The notes below the pieces were generated by a model that was not told where the DNA came from, did not search any database, and worked only from the letters and a program-made list of their open reading frames with translations. Both the position numbers and the translations under genes were made by a program. A stretch of 64,000 bases of DNA from Stegostoma tigrinum (lineage: Eukaryota): NCBI RefSeq assembly GCF_030684315.1, contig NC_081362.1:96269187-96333186 (forward strand), written 5' to 3'. Of this stretch, positions 53,399 to 64,000 are shown piece by piece. The stretch's first letter is position 1. The number at the start of each line of letters is the position of its first letter.

Positions 53399-53989
53399 GT
53401 ATGTCCTGTTTACCTTACCATAATCTAACCCAGTAATCACTTCTACTTAGATTTATTGGAGAGGAGGAAATGTTGAATTCCTCTGGTAAAGAGAAAGCAG
53501 GGAGGTTGATATAAGCATTGAACTGCTACCTTCTCTTGTTTTATTCACAGATAGAATGAACTGTTTCTCCTCTTGGACCAGTTCCTCAATCTCAAACTCT
53601 TTCTCATCTCTCTGTCTTCCTGCTTCTCCATCTCATTTCTCCTCAGTCATTTCAGATGGTAGAGGTTGTAGGTTCAAACATTACTGTTGCAGGAACTTTG
53701 GTGAGTACTTACAGGACATCTTGTGGCTGGTACACCCAAGAATCAATGTTAAAGGAAGGAAATGTTGAAGATGTTATATGGAGTGCCAATCAAGTGGCTG
53801 CTCTGTCTTGTGTGGTGAGAAGCTTCTTGAGTGTTGAGCTTGTTGAGCTGCACTCACCCAGACAAGTGGTTCCATCATACTCCTAATTTCTGCTTTGTTA
53901 TTAGATGCGAGGCAGGCTGTGGAACTCAGAGTTCTTCAAAGTTCCTCACCTCAACCTGCTGTTGTAGCCATAGTTTTTTATTATGCTGC

Positions 53990-54645
53990 TGTAATGGACC
54001 AGACCAAACCTCTCAAAATATACAAAGAAGATAGCTAGATCCGAACATTTTCTTATTTAAAAGGCAAATGCTCGGCATTGTGTTCTAGATGCCACTCGAT
54101 TGGTCAAACCTCCATGTTTGAAGCAAAACACACTTCATTCATACATGACAGTTCAAAGAGAAAAATGAAGAAGAATTTGGGACAGCTTAACTCTATCGGA
54201 AAATATTACAAAATAATAAATTATTTAAACTACTAAACAGTAACTGTTCCAATACAGTAACATCCCATAAACACAGCCTTGGTAAAGACAAATTCATTGA
54301 AATGGCTTGTGTCCTCAGATGTAATGCTCCACTCCAGGTGAAAAAGCATCATGAGAAAACTCTGAGAGAAAGAGAGAGACAATAGGAGGGAGAGATAAAC
54401 TGCACTTTCTAATCCCTGACTTTAAGACCCAGCAGCTGCTACTGAAAAACTAAAACTCAAACTTTTGGTCCTGTGGCAGCTTGACCCCACCCATTCAGGC
54501 TGGTTCTATTGTTCCAACTTTAAAAAAATACTCAAGACCTCACAAGCTGTTTAATTTATTGCATTCAAACAAACAAACCTTTGTCTTAAAATCTCTCTTC
54601 GAAAAGAAAAGACACTTTAAGCCTCCCAAAGCCATGGTATTGTCA
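53990..54645. mobile_element. Possible solo LTR
   Basis: ~650-bp non-coding block bounded by TGT...CA, interrupting other repeat sequence. Not verified against a library. Confidence 0.35.
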
Positions 54646-54659
54646 GTCTGCTCACATTA

Positions 54660-55320
54660 ATCGAGGAAGGAGAAAACAGAGTTAACATTTCGGGTCCAGT
54701 GACCCTTCCTCAGAACTGATGGTGGATCGGAAAACATCAGTTTATATGCGGAAAATAGGAAGGTGAATGGGGTAGGGAGTAAACAACAGGATAGAGCCCA
54801 AAGAGAGAGAAAGACAGTCGGACAGACAAAGGAGTTGATAGCAATCAGGCTGGGAAGGTGAACAGTTGTTCATGGGGACTGTTAGTGATTAATGACAGGA
54901 GGTGTGTAATGGCGATGAAGTGTGTGGGGTGGGGGAGGGGGGCGGGGTGGGGAGCGGGACATTGGAGAGTTGAGGCCTGAACATTATTGAACTTAATATT
55001 GAGCCCAGAGGGCTGTCGGGTCTCCAAGCAGATAATGAGGTATTGTTCCTCCAGCTTGTGTTGGGCTTCACTGGAACACTGCAGCAATCCAGAGACAGAG
55101 ATGTTGGCCAGAGAGCAGGGTGGTTCATTGAAGTGGCAGGTGACAGGTAGTTCAGGGTCTTCTTTGCGAGCAGAATAGAGCCTGCCATTGCACACCACCT
55201 GTTGTGAGTCACGAATAATCCCCATTAACAACTATTCTCCTTCAGCGATGCTGCTAGACCTGCTGAGCTTTTCCAGCAACTTTGTTTTTGTTCCTTATTT
55301 ACAGCATCCGTAGTTATTTT
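54660..55320 (-). mobile_element. Older Penelope-like 3' fragment
   Basis: LPVTCHFN..GLLQC..KLEEQYLI..QPSGLNI C-terminus; hammerhead-like tail at 54680-54716. Confidence 0.75.
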
Positions 55321-56403
55321 GGGTTTTATTTCGCTCAAGTTAATTGACTGGTCAAGAGTGACTCAGAGAAGTTTTTCTTCATTTTGGATAGGATGTGGGC
55401 ATCTCTGGCAAGGCCAGAATTTGGTCTGCATTGCTAACTGCCTTCAAACTGTGTCTCTGAGCTGGTTATTTCAGCGGGAAATCAGAACAAACCACATTGC
55501 ACTGGATCTAGAGTCACACACAGGCCAGACAAGATAAGGATGGCAGATTTCCTTCCCTGAAGGATTTAGAGAATCCAATGATTTTGACAAAAATTGATGG
55601 GAACAACGGGAATTCAGGTGACATGTTCCAGCTCTCAGTTAGCCTGGAATTGTTGTGTATTGTTATGTTATAACTTGCTGTAACTAAATACAACAAACAG
55701 GCAAATGGATGTTGCCCATGAGAAGCCTGGGTGGTAGAAGGTGTGATTCTGTAATTATCTAACACTGCATTCTTGTAGTGAAGGGTTCTATGCCAAGGAT
55801 GCACACAGTAATGGTTTCTCAATGTCGCTCCATCAGCCTGTATTTATCATTAATAACAGAGATCGGAGAGTTTAACAGAATGGCATCCAGGGAATGTATC
55901 TGGAGTAAACAAAAACAGATTTGCTGGAAACGTTCCGGTCTGGCAGCATCTGTGAAGGGAAAAACAGAGTTAACGTTTCGGGCCTGGTGACCCTTCCTCA
56001 GAACTGATGATGGCTGGGAAAATATCAGTTTATATGCCTGAGCTTTTCCAGCAATATTGGTTTGGTTCCTGATTTACAGCACCCACAGTTCTTTCAGTTT
56101 TTATATCTGGAGTAAATATTTCAGGCTTGAGGATGTCGGATTTGAGTTGAGGAGCTGAAGCCTGAGCTGCAGACATTGTGTCAAATCAGGGAAGGGGAAA
56201 GTTTCCTGAAAACCTTTCTCCAAAGGGTGCTCACATCCCTTGGATTAGGGAATTGGAGATGAGACGTGGCTCAGGGGCAAGAAGCTGTGATAGCAGGCAG
56301 AGCCGGTATGGGTCATAATCTACAAATCATCATTGAAACTGGAGGAGATTTTAGAAAATATTACAGCTCAATTTACATTATTTCTTCTCTTCAATATGAA
56401 CAG

Positions 56404-56751
56404 ATCCATTGGCTGATCCAGTCCTCATTCAGTACCCAGTGGCCAGCAAGGTACCAGAGGGTGAAACTGTCGAGTTCCAGTGTGCCATGTACAATGCCAG
56501 TGTGAATGACACTGATGTCCACTGGCACTACCAGTGACCTGGCAGCAATAGGGAGTGGGTGATAAGCCAGTTTGTGAATGGCACCTTCACCAAGGCCCAG
56601 GGTTTACATGATCGTGTTCATGTTTCCAGGAATGTCAGCAGGAACAGTTACATTCTGCGCCTTGTGAATGTGACTGTCAATGATAGTGCTGTGTTCCGCT
56701 GCAGTGTGTGGAGCTACATCGATGGAGCAGGGAGCCAGCTCAATGTAACTG
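56404..56751 (+). pseudogene. Gene B V exon 5: divergent membrane-proximal VJ-type V exon with one nonsense codon
   Basis: tatgaacag|AT...ACT G|gtaaga, 348 bp. Reads PLADPVLIQYPVASKVPEGETVEFQCAMYNASVNDTDVHWHYQ*PGSNREWV...NSYILRLVNVTVNDSAVFRCSVWSYIDGAGSQLNVT. TGA at 56535-56537. Confidence 0.85.
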
Positions 56752-57299
56752 GTAAGACAATGGAAGGGAATGCTGGTGTGAACAGGGAAGGGATCACACA
56801 GCTGCTGTGCTTTATCAGTGGAGGGGCAGAATGGTCATCAAGGCCAGGTATTCCTAAGGCAGGATAGTGAGTAATTTGGTGGGGAAACTGCAGGGGATGG
56901 TGTTCCCATGTATCTGTTGCCCTTGTCCATCTAGATAGAGGAGGTTGTGGGTTTGGACCGTCCTGTCTGAATTTCTTTGGTGAGCTTCAGCAGTGCATCT
57001 TGTATGTAATACATACTGCTGTTTTTGAGCATTGGTGGCGGAGGGAGTGAATGTTTTTGGCTGTGGTTCCAGTCAAGTGGGTTACTTTCTCCCGGCTGGT
57101 GTTAGGTTTCTTGAGTGTTGTTGGAACTGCACTCACCCAGCAGTCCATCACTCTCCTGACTTGTGCCTTATCGATAGTGGACAGGCTTTGGAGATAGGGA
57201 GGGGAGTTAATATCCTGAGGAACTCAGAATTATGTTGTTGAAGTTGTTAGACACTGGTCAGACTAAAGTGATTGTGTGTGTGATTCTGATATTTTGCAG

Positions 57300-57450
57300 A
57301 AGACTCTTCTTATGGTAGTCCCCGGACTTCAAAGCACAGTTTGTTCATCGGCACCATTCTGGGCTTCGCTATTATGATCTGCATTGTCCTGCTCACATTT
57401 CTCCTTCAGAAAAAAAAGCTGTGCTCATCAGTAAAGGACTCCACACAAGG
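57300..57450 (+). CDS. Gene B stalk/transmembrane exon
   Basis: attttgcag|AA...CAA GG|gtaaat. In phase with V exon 5. Reads EDSSYGSPRTSKHS-LFIGTILGFAIMICIVLLTFLL-QKKKLCSSVKDSTQG: a 22-aa uncharged hydrophobic stretch followed by a KKK stop-transfer, with no stops. Confidence 0.8.
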
Positions 57451-58263
57451 GTAAATCCCATTCCATCTTAGGTTTGATTCTGTCACTGCACAGTTATTGT
57501 TTATGACATTGAGGTGATTGTTTTTAGTGAGTGCTGATATTCTCACTGCACTGTACAGATCCATTGTCACTGGTGGATCAGTGACTGTTGAGACCATCCC
57601 ACACATCCAGATGCCCAGTCGCTGCTAGTTTGCTTCTTCTGTGGTATCATACGTCCTTCAGTGCCAGGCCGCAGACTCCTTCTGGTGACAGTCAGAAAGC
57701 TTTGAATAGGTCAAGCATTAGATATCCCCTGCAGGATCCCCAGTAGGCACCAGATCAATACCACAGAGCCCAGTGTTGGGGTCCGCCTTCATGCTGGCAG
57801 CTTACTGGCAGGACAGTGTCTACTGCTGGGAAGGCCAAGGGAGTGTCAGACCACTCGGTCCAACAATCTGTGCTGGTCTTTCACTTCCACATCAGCAGAA
57901 AGCCCAAGTCACATTTCCCTGTCCTATCCTGTCCATTCAATCCCATTTATCCTCACACCATTTTCTAATCAAATCTTCAATGTTAACATTGATTGTAAAT
58001 CTTCCATTAATCTGCTGTGACCTCCCAGAACCTCCCCACCCTCTGGGTGAATGGATTTGTAGAGTGTCTGGACTCAATCATTTCTGTTGTATTTTTTATC
58101 CATGATCCTTCATTCTTCAGCCCCTCGACAGACTGTTTCCAACCTGTTCATTGTCACTTTAACGCATTTTAAGCCTGTGTCCTTCCAATGATTTAATGAG
58201 TTTCCAAAGCCTTTCTTTGTATTTGTTTGTACTTATACCAGCCATTTGATTGTCTTGTTGCAG

Positions 58264-58308
58264 TTCTCTTTCTCAGTTTACTCTCGGTCTTAACCAGCTG
58301 AAAGTGCA
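58264..58308 (+). CDS. Possible gene B cytoplasmic exon
   Basis: tcttgttgcag|...GTG CA|gtgagt. Phase 2-2, open: SLSQFTLGLNQLKV. Supported only by splice signals and phase. Confidence 0.4.
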
Positions 58309-58597
58309 GTGAGTTTCTTGACGAAATCTCTCCATTCCACAGACAGGATCAGCAACAACTTGGTCAAGTTTCCCACAGTGCTGTCTAGATGTGGTGAATG
58401 TTTTTCCTGTTTTGTTCACACAAATTGTGCTCTTTTTAGCGAATGATCCAAGTTTCCGGATCATCCATTTTATCTTTTTGGCTGATGTGAAAAGTCTGTG
58501 GTGCATTGCGTAAAATCCATCAGCCCCGACAGTATGATGATCCCAGTGTTATTTTGTAGTAAATGTTCAATAAATCTAATGTGTGACATTTATTTAG

Positions 58598-58634
58598 GAG
58601 CCCTGTTGAAGAGCAGAATGCTGTGTATGAAACA
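58598..58634 (+). CDS. Possible gene B cytoplasmic exon with tyrosine motif
   Basis: catttatttag|G AGC CCT GTT GAA GAG CAG AAT GCT GTG TAT GAA ACA|gtaaat gives SPVEEQNAVYET. Phase-compatible with the upstream exons; the donor is weak. Confidence 0.45.
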
Positions 58635-58719
58635 GTAAATGTATATCAAACTAATTTAATCTTTGTCACGATGTTAGGCAAGAATTATTCTTTGTTCTAA
58701 AATGAGCTTTACATGGTTA

Positions 58720-60545
58720 GAGTGATAATGGGAACTGCAGATGCTGGAGAATCCAAGATAATAAAATGTGACGCTGGATGAACACAGCAGGCCCAGCAGC
58801 ATCTCAGGAGCACAAAAGCTGACGTTTCGGGCCTAGACCCTTCGTCAGAGAGGGGGATGGGGTGGGAGTTCTGGAATAAATAGGGAGCGAGGGGGAGGCA
58901 GACCGAAGATGGAGAGAAAAGAAGATAGGTGGAGAGGAGAGTATAGGTGAGGAGGTAGGGAGGGGATAGGTCAGTCCAGGGAAGACGGACAGGTCAAGGA
59001 GGTGGAATGAGGTTGGTAGGTAGGAGATGGAGGTTCGGCTTGGGGTGGGAGGAAGGGATGGGTGAGAGGAAGAACAGGTTAGGGAGGCAGAGACAGGTTG
59101 GGCTGGTTATGGGATGCAGTGGGTGGAGGGGAAGAGCTGGGCTGGTTGTGTGGTGCAGTGGGGGGAGGGGACGAACTGGGCTGGTTTTGGGATGCGGTGG
59201 GGGAAAGGGAGATTTTGAAGCTGGTGAAGTCCACATTGACACCATTGGGCTGCAGGGTTCCCAAGCGGAATATGAGTTGCTGTTCCTGCAACCTTCGGGT
59301 GGCATCATTGTGGCACTGCAGGAGGCCCATGATGGACATGTCATCTAAAGAATGGGAGGAGGAGTGGAAATGGTTTGCGACTGGGAGGTGCAGTTGTTTA
59401 TTGCGAACCGAGTGGAGGTGTTCTGCAAACCGATCCCCAAGCCTCCGCTTGGTTTCCCCAATGTAGAGGAAGCCACACCGGGTACAGTGGATGCAGTATA
59501 CCACATTGGCAGATGTGCAGGTGAACATCTGCTTAATGTGGAAAGTCATCTTGGGGCCTGGAATAGTGGTGAGGGAGGAGGTGTTGGGGCAAGTGTAGCA
59601 TTTCCTGCGGTTGCAGGGGAAGGTGCCGGGTGTGGTGGGTTTGGAGGGCAGTGTGGAGCGAGCAAGGGAGTCACGGAGAGAGTGGTCTCTCCGGAAAGCA
59701 GACTGGGGTGGGGATGGAAAAATGTCTTGGGTGGTGGGGTCGTATTGTAGATGGCGGAAGTGTCGTAGGATGATGCGTTGTATCCGGAGGTTGGTGGGGT
59801 GGTGTGTGAGAACGAGGGGGATCCTCTTGGGGCGGTTGTGGCGGGGGCGGGGTGTGAGGGATGTTTTGCGGGAAATGCGGGAGACGCAGTCAAGGGCGTT
59901 CTCAACCACTGTGGGGTAAAATTGCGGTCCTTGAAGAACTTAGACATCTGGGATGTGCAGGAGTGGAATGCCTCATCGTGGGAGCAGATGCGGTGGAGGC
60001 GGAGGAATTTGGAATAGGGGATGGAATTTTTGCAGGAGTGTGGGTGGGAGGAGGTGTATTCTAGGTAGCTGTGGGAGTCGGTGGGCTTGAAATGGACATC
60101 AGTTACAAGCTGGTTGCCTGAGATGGAGACTGAGAGGTCCCGGAAGTTGAGGGATGTGCTGGAGATGGCCCAGGTGAACTGAAGGTTGGGGTGGAAGGTG
60201 TTGGTGAAGTGGATGAGCTGTTCGAGCTCCTCTGGGGAGAAAGAGGCGGCGCCGATACAGTCATCAATGTAACGGAGGAAGAGGTGGGGTTTGGGGCCTG
60301 TGTAGGTGCGGTAGAGGGACTGTTCCACGAAACCTACAAAGAGGCAGGCATAGCTGGGGCACATGCGGGTGCCCGTGGCCACCCCCTTAGTCTGTAGGAA
60401 GTGGGAGGAATTGAAAGAGAAGTTGTTGAGGGTGAGGACGAGTTCGGCTAGGCGGATGAGGGTGTCGGTGGGGAGGGACTGGGCGGGCCTGCGGGACAGG
60501 AAGAAGCAGAGGGCCTTGTGGCCATCTGCATGCGGAATACAGGGT
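58720..60545 (-). mobile_element. Penelope-like element (RT part + GIY-YIG)
   Basis: ORFs 59546-60382 (RYIDD) and 59079-59909 (YIGETKRRLGDRFAEH). Same tail as the other copies. Confidence 0.92.
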
Positions 60546-61863
60546 ACGTGTTTAGATTGCTGATGTAATCAAGAAGCTCATGGTTCAGCCAATTAATTTG
60601 CCTGATTAACTCAATATGTCATCATTGTCAGTCACTGAGACATATTCGTACAGGATTTTGTTTTATAACAATTGAAATTAAGTTTATTCCACCAAAGAGA
60701 GAGGAAGAACAAAACAAATCACATTGTGTATCCATTTATTTCATTGAGAAGAACTTGAACACTTGAATCAGAACATTATTTCACCAACATTCCCAATCAC
60801 TGTCCATGACAGAGATTCAAGTCTAGAGAAGTTACATGCCAATTTCAACTCTTTATTTTCCAAAAAACCAACTCCTGCCCAATTTTCTGTTTTGAACAAT
60901 CAAATTAGTTTTGTATTTTTTTCTCTGAATTTAATTGCATGAAGCTATCACTGTTCTAGTGGTTCAACTGCTTTAAAAAAATGCTCCGAAGGTTTCTGTC
61001 CCAAATTCTCCTTGTCTGAAAAAATTCCCAAACTGGAAAAACATTGCTGCTCTGGTGATTGGTTTCTTCTCCACTGAACACTTCAGCTGGGAGAGAAATT
61101 CAAACATCATTCTGAATTCAACTCTTTTCTTTTCAATTTAATGTCGGGGAATTTTTGACAAGAACTCAAAGGAAATTAAAAGCTTAATGCATTTCCATGG
61201 CTTGTCATGAACTCAGAACAATATCTAACTTATTTCCATAAAACGCCAGAAGTTCGCCCAACACCCTGATGGCACTCACATATCTTCTTGGAGCAACTGC
61301 ATTGAATCACTGTTCCAGAATGACTTTCTGACCATTTAAAGAATCCCCACAGAACTAAGCCATCTTCATATATGGCTCTTTTAAAATCATTCCACATTTC
61401 AAAACTGATATATTTTACACACCATTCATCAGGGAAAAAAAATCTTCGAGCGGTGATAAGGAGAAATATTTTCACTAGAGATTGTTGCCGGGATTTGTAA
61501 TACTCGATCTGAAAGGTGTTTGAGACTGATTCCATGAGGAATTTGAAGAGGGGTTTGGACAGCTATTTGAGGAAGACGGGCATCCAGGGTTATTGATAAA
61601 GAGCAGGATTGTGTGGTTAAGGACAATGACACTTTCAAGAGGAAGTGGGTGTGATTGGCTGATGGTGCTCTCTCTGTGCTGAGTGTCTCTAATTGACATG
61701 ATGAATATTCTTATGGACTGCATTACCCAGGCTCCCCATCAGCTGCCTGCCCCTAAAACTACCCAAAATGACACTGGCAGTTTCCCTCACTTTCCTTCCC
61801 AGTTTAAAGAGCTCATCATGACTTGTCTCCATTCTGAAGAGGTCTCATTGTATTTTCTTTCAG

Positions 61864-61907
61864 ATTGAACACACAGCAGTGAGCAAGCAGCAGTTCCTCC
61901 TGTTGTG
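61864..61907 (+). CDS. Possible further gene B cytoplasmic exon
   Basis: Strong acceptor tattttctttcag and donor gtaagg. Phase-0 reading IEHTAVSKQQFLLL would complete a VYETI motif. Confidence 0.3.
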
Positions 61908-64000
61908 GTAAGGAAATGGGACACAGCTGTTGGTTTTTGCAGCATTTTTCATGCACAGACTTTAAGAAACAGCAGCCACATCATTGCGGAACTTCAGTAT
62001 CACCAGAACGCTTACAAATCGTAACTTGTAACAAACAGAAAGTCTCTGTTCCACAACAGGCTCAGATAGAAAATGATCAGAGAGAAAACAATCATTCCCT
62101 TCTTTTCAAGCCAGACTCTCTCAGACCCTGAGATTACAGGGTCCTGAGACAGTGCAGCAGCTCAGCATGCGGGTGTAAGATGCAAGACACAGTGCAGTCT
62201 GTCACTGAGATTATTTGGAGCTATTTCTGCTGCTGTCTCTAGTGTTGCGCAGAACAACAGCAGGGGCATTGTGGAAACAGCTTGAATTGTGAGTTGCCTC
62301 CAGGTTCCAGCCCATTTTGATTTAGAATCTCAGCCCTTCTGGGTCTGCTTACTGGAATTTCCCATTTAACCGCCAGCAATGGGCCAATGGACAGTGCCAG
62401 GCAGAGCTAAGCTTGATCAGATTGAGGCAAAGTGTGCCTTAAATTGGATACACTTGACATTGTTGGGAAAAATAATGATTGACAGGCTGTTCATTAAAGT
62501 TTGAACTCCCCAGAACCTTGCCTGGGTCTCAGGTTTAGACCCATTCCTGCTTCTCAATGTGATGGGCTCAGTTTCTGTTTTCATTGATGCTTTAGCCTTG
62601 CCTGGTCATGCAGTTTGTGTTGGTTTTATTTTGCCAGTCATTTCCGAATTGTTGTCCTCATTTTTGTGACACAGGAATATAGGACCAGGAGTAGACCATT
62701 CAGCTCCTTGAATCTGCTATCCTGTTCAATAAGATGGTGGCTTATCTAGTTGCATTCTCCCTGTATTTTCCTGTCTGACCCCTGACCCCTTGACTCCCTC
62801 TTCTCCTGAAACCTTTGGCAGCCAATGGACAGGATGGGGCTGTTAAAAAGGAGGGCCAAGTGTGACTGTCAGTGTCAATGTGGCAACAGGAAATGGGAAT
62901 TAGACTCACATCGGACTGAAATCATTCTACAGATGCCCCTGAGGAAATGCTAGCTCTGTCCTAGATCAGCCTCTGCTTGTTACCTTCATATCAGAATCTC
63001 GGCCCTCTCTCATATAGTTTCTATTGAAAACAGGGGTCTATTCCCTTTCCATTACTTCTGATGTTTTGATGGGTGAGGGAGGAAAGTAGATAATAGACAA
63101 TAGGTGCAGGAGTAGGCCATTCGGGGCTTCAAGCCAGCATCACCATTCATTATGATCATGGCTGATCATCCACAATCAGTATCCTGCTCCTGCCTTATCC
63201 CCATAGCCCTTGATTCCACTATCTTTAAGAGCTCTATCCAAGGGGGTAGCCAGCAAATATTCCTTCTTCCCTACCTCTCATCCCTTTGGTCTTTCCATTC
63301 TTTCCATGCACCCACTCCTTCACTTCCCTTCCCTCCATGCACTCCTTTCCTCCTTTCATCTCCTCCATCTCCCATCCTTTCCCTAAATTTCTTTTGTCTT
63401 TCTCTGCCCCTCACCCTCCCCTTATTTCACGCGCTCATTGTAGAGGCCATTCCCCCCACCACCATTCCCCTCAATGTTTCCCTCACAAGCCCTGTCAAAC
63501 TGTGGCTTTAATGGTTGACCATCCCATTGGTCCAAGTGGGTGAGGGACAATCTCATTTCAGACCCTCACAGTGATTCCACTCATGCTGCCCCCTTCCCCT
63601 CCCTTCCCCAACCAGCTCCCTCTTCAACATGGCTTTTCCAGAACTTTCAATACATCCAGGAACCTGGGCCTGATTGGTGAGGCCTCAAGATCCTTTGGGA
63701 TCAAAACTTGCAATTTGATTGGAATCCAGTCAATGAGGGAGAAAGAGGAAAACCAGATTGTGTCAGTACGCACGTTAGTGAAGCGGCTGACTGGCTTCAC
63801 TGTGAGCCTCAGGAATGTTGGATCAGGATGAGGATTGGGGAGCTCAAGGGCCAGTGGTTTCCCTGCCCCTGGCCCTGTTTTACCAACCGTCCTGCTTCTG
63901 ATCCTGATACCAATGGTTCGGAACACTCCAGGCCTCTGGGAATATAAATTAATGGGATGTGCTGTTGTGTAGGCTCTCTGCACCTGCACGCATATTGGCC

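Noticed and set aside
53551-53658. Ser-rich phase-1 candidate stalk exon
   Set aside because: The donor is poor (gtagag) and overlaps repeat sequence. The opposite strand is Glu/Lys-rich like a decayed gag coiled coil.
33737-56751. Rearranging TCR-gamma or Ig light-chain V segments
   Set aside because: No CACAGTG/ACAAAAACC RSS after the V exons. The G strand and splice donor are in the same exon, there is one leader per array rather than per V, and no J or C cluster was seen.
63571-63989. 121-aa minus ORF and a possible plus exon 63616-63676
   Set aside because: No recognisable motif and no demonstrable link to the gene model.

Overview
Eukaryotic genomic DNA from a cartilaginous fish (a shark; inferred from the repeat families, species not determinable here). 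Most of the window is retroelement: CR1 LINEs, Penelope-like elements with hammerhead-like tails, tRNA-derived SINEs and decayed Gypsy remnants. There are two N gaps. Among the repeats, and largely missed by the ORF track, are two paralogous immunoglobulin-superfamily genes arranged head-to-head. Each has a 52-bp signal-peptide exon (24891-24840 on minus; 32263-32314 on plus) followed by a tandem series of antigen-receptor-like (TCR-gamma/IgL-like) V exons. The V exons already contain the J-like G strand, have no RSS and are flanked by phase-1 splice sites. The minus gene has 4 V exons in the window. The plus gene has 5, followed by an intact uncharged transmembrane exon (57300-57450) and probable cytoplasmic exons with a tyrosine motif. 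No C1 exon lies between the V exons and the TM. The predicted architecture is a non-rearranging multi-'VJ'-domain type I receptor. Every V exon here carries at least one lesion. However, leader plus first V of the plus gene still splices into an open 142-aa ORF, which could be a secreted single V domain with a duplicated aromatic CDR2. All gene models are manual readings of the sequence, not database-verified.
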